From: Eledone cirrhosa
Taxonomy: Eukaryota
Length of the DNA: 64,000 bases
Assembly: GCA_964016885.1 (NCBI GenBank)
Contig: OZ024741.1
Location: 124,558,001 to 124,622,000, forward strand
Reading direction: 5' to 3'
Numbering within the stretch: position 1 is the stretch's first letter; the number at the start of each line of letters is the position of its first letter. Below, piece by piece: positions 61,906 to 64,000 of this stretch. The position numbers were made by a program, and so were the translations under genes. The notes under the pieces are model-generated. The model had not been told where the DNA came from. It saw only the letters and a list, made by a program, of their open reading frames with translations, and searched no databases.

Positions 61906-62544
61906 GACGTCTTTCATATAATTGTTCTGCATCCTCCTGCATTGAACCACCTAGGTACTATGACATAACTTATGTATTTGCTAGCATTAGTGTACATCTG
62001 TACGCATATGTTGGTAGATATACTAATTCTCTCTCTCTATATATATAGTAATATTTATATTTATATTTATATATGTTTGTTATAAGTATAAATATGTAGG
62101 GTAGTACTAAGTACTAGTCAGTTACCGGTATGACAAAAAGCTCAATGCAAAATTTTCAAGTGTTTTACAGAATATTATAACTCTTTCCTCATATATGCAT
62201 TATTGACTGTATTGACTCCTGCATTGTACACCAATTGTCCTTGCTAATAACTTCTTTCCATGTCTTTTTTTACTTGTACTTTTTACTTATACTTATACCT
62301 ATTACACTTCCAACCAGTGCTGCCTGTAATTGTGTTATTTCAAGCGGAACCACTTTTTAACTCCTGAATCTCCACATGATGCCTTTGACACTAATAACAA
62401 CTATGTACCCTAAATGTTCTAAATGACTAGGATTCTAGTTACACGTTTTCGACATTCCTTATACTCCGATGATTCCAGACTTCCTTCTGGAAGAAACAAT
62501 TATCAGCTAATAAATGTTCTAAACTAAAATTTGATCGTTTTAAC

Positions 62545-62589
<45 letters not shown>

Positions 62590-62672
62590 ATAATAATAAA
62601 TGTGAAGACTAAAATCCAAAGGGGGCTCGATAAGAATAATTATATATCAAATCAAATATATATATATAAATT

Positions 62673-62720
<48 letters not shown>

Positions 62721-62842
62721 AGTAAGGTTGCTTAGATGCGTTCATAGGCGGAATGACGCTTGAGCACTCTATGCTCCTTCGGAGCAGAGTGTGATAATAT
62801 GGAAAACGAAGAATACAATGATGCATCGGAACACATTTTATT

Positions 62843-62935
62843 ACGTATTACAATTGTTTCTCCGGCGAACAGCTCGAGGTACCATCTATTTGTGGATCGA
62901 ACCTGACTCTGGATTCGGAAGTTCCTCAGATACGT
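62843..62935 (-). ncRNA. Type I hammerhead motif with extended stem II
   Basis: Minus strand ACGTAT-CTGAGGA-(62 nt)-GAAA-CAATTG-TA-ATACGT: perfect 6-bp stem I, palindromic stem III ACAATTGT. Confidence 0.7.
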
Positions 62936-63678
62936 CAAGTGATTTTGAAGCAATTCCTCTTTCCGCTGGACACTGATCCTTTGAATTTCTATCATCTGCC
63001 TTCATCCTGTTTGCGCTGTACTCCGATTAGTTGGTAGGTGGGACGTCATCTTTGTGCATGACCATTCAAATCTGCCCACTGACCATATCCATTCAGGCGT
63101 GAGCTGTCACTCACTCGAATCCCGTCACCAGAAATTACTGCTAAATGTAGGAGAGGTTTTATGACATCTCTTTCCACCCCCTGGCTTGCCCGTCACTCCA
63201 CACCTATACACCGACACGCACTTGTGGTCACACATACGCAGACATTCCGAGCCGTTAATCGCATACTTATCTGTGCGGACATACACACACACACACACAC
63301 ACACGTAGAGCCTGCGTGTTTGCGTGTTCACACATATACATACATATAATCTCCTCTCACATATAGGTACAGCCATACATAGACATAGGCACACACGTAC
63401 ACATAAGTTACCCACATATATACACATACACGATCACACACATATATATATATATATATATATAAATATACACACACACATACAGACATATATATGCGTA
63501 TGCACACGCACGCACCCAAACATATATACACACGTGTGTACATATGCATACACACACACATATATATATACACACACCCTCACACACACACACGTATATA
63601 TGTGCACTCACACACAGACACACACCCACATACATACGTACGCAAATATATGTATATAAACTGTACAAAAAATATTAG

Positions 63679-63771
63679 ACGTATCTGAGGAACTTGTGAA
63701 TCCAGATTCAGGTTCGATCCACAAACAGATCGCACCTCGAGCTGTTCGCCGGTGAAACAATCGTAAAACGT
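63679..63771 (+). ncRNA. Type I hammerhead motif with extended stem II (inverted sister copy)
   Basis: ACGTAT-CTGAGGA-ACTTGTGAA..CAG..AGGT.CGATC-CACAAACA-GATCG.ACCT..CTG-TTCGCCGGT-GAAA-CAATCG-TA-AAACGT. Confidence 0.7.
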
Positions 63772-63856
63772 AATAAATTTGTGTTACGATACATCACTGA
63801 TTCTTCGTTTTCCATATTATATATATATATATATTTGTGATATATATATATATTCG

Positions 63857-63944
<88 letters not shown>

Positions 63945-64000
63945 ATAACGAAGGAAGTGTGGTAAGGAACCAGATGGACCATAATGCACCAGAGTTCTCA

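Overview
AT-rich, microsatellite-laden eukaryotic DNA with no host gene that I can support. The SINE and microsatellite landscape looks cephalopod (Octopus-like), but that is inference. The window is almost entirely transposable elements: (i) Penelope-like elements (PLEs; RT + GIY-YIG), including a near full-length copy fused head-to-head with an inverted 5'-truncated copy (8236-13238); (ii) a 19-kb cluster (39.2-58.3 kb) of Tx1/L1-clade LINEs (+ strand) and R4/Dong-like RLE LINEs (- strand) separated by (ATT)n tracts; (iii) tRNA-derived SINEs, RTE remnants, a full-length decayed mariner, non-autonomous Helitrons and a tiny hAT-type MITE. The most notable hidden signal is non-coding. By manual folding I find a dispersed set of minimal type I hammerhead ribozyme (HHR) motifs from several unrelated PLE-terminal/retrozyme-like repeat families. 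They include a 324-bp tandem dimer with one HHR per unit, two HHRs with a compensatory U3-A8 core, a family with a ~60-nt extended stem II, and an atypical CAGUUGA core. Also notable: a 3' stem-loop (loop CUUGU) plus (ATT)n tail shared by the main SINE and the Tx1-like LINE (candidate SINE-LINE partnership), and several perfect fold-back palindromes. All assignments come from motif recognition by eye; no database searches or folding programs were run.
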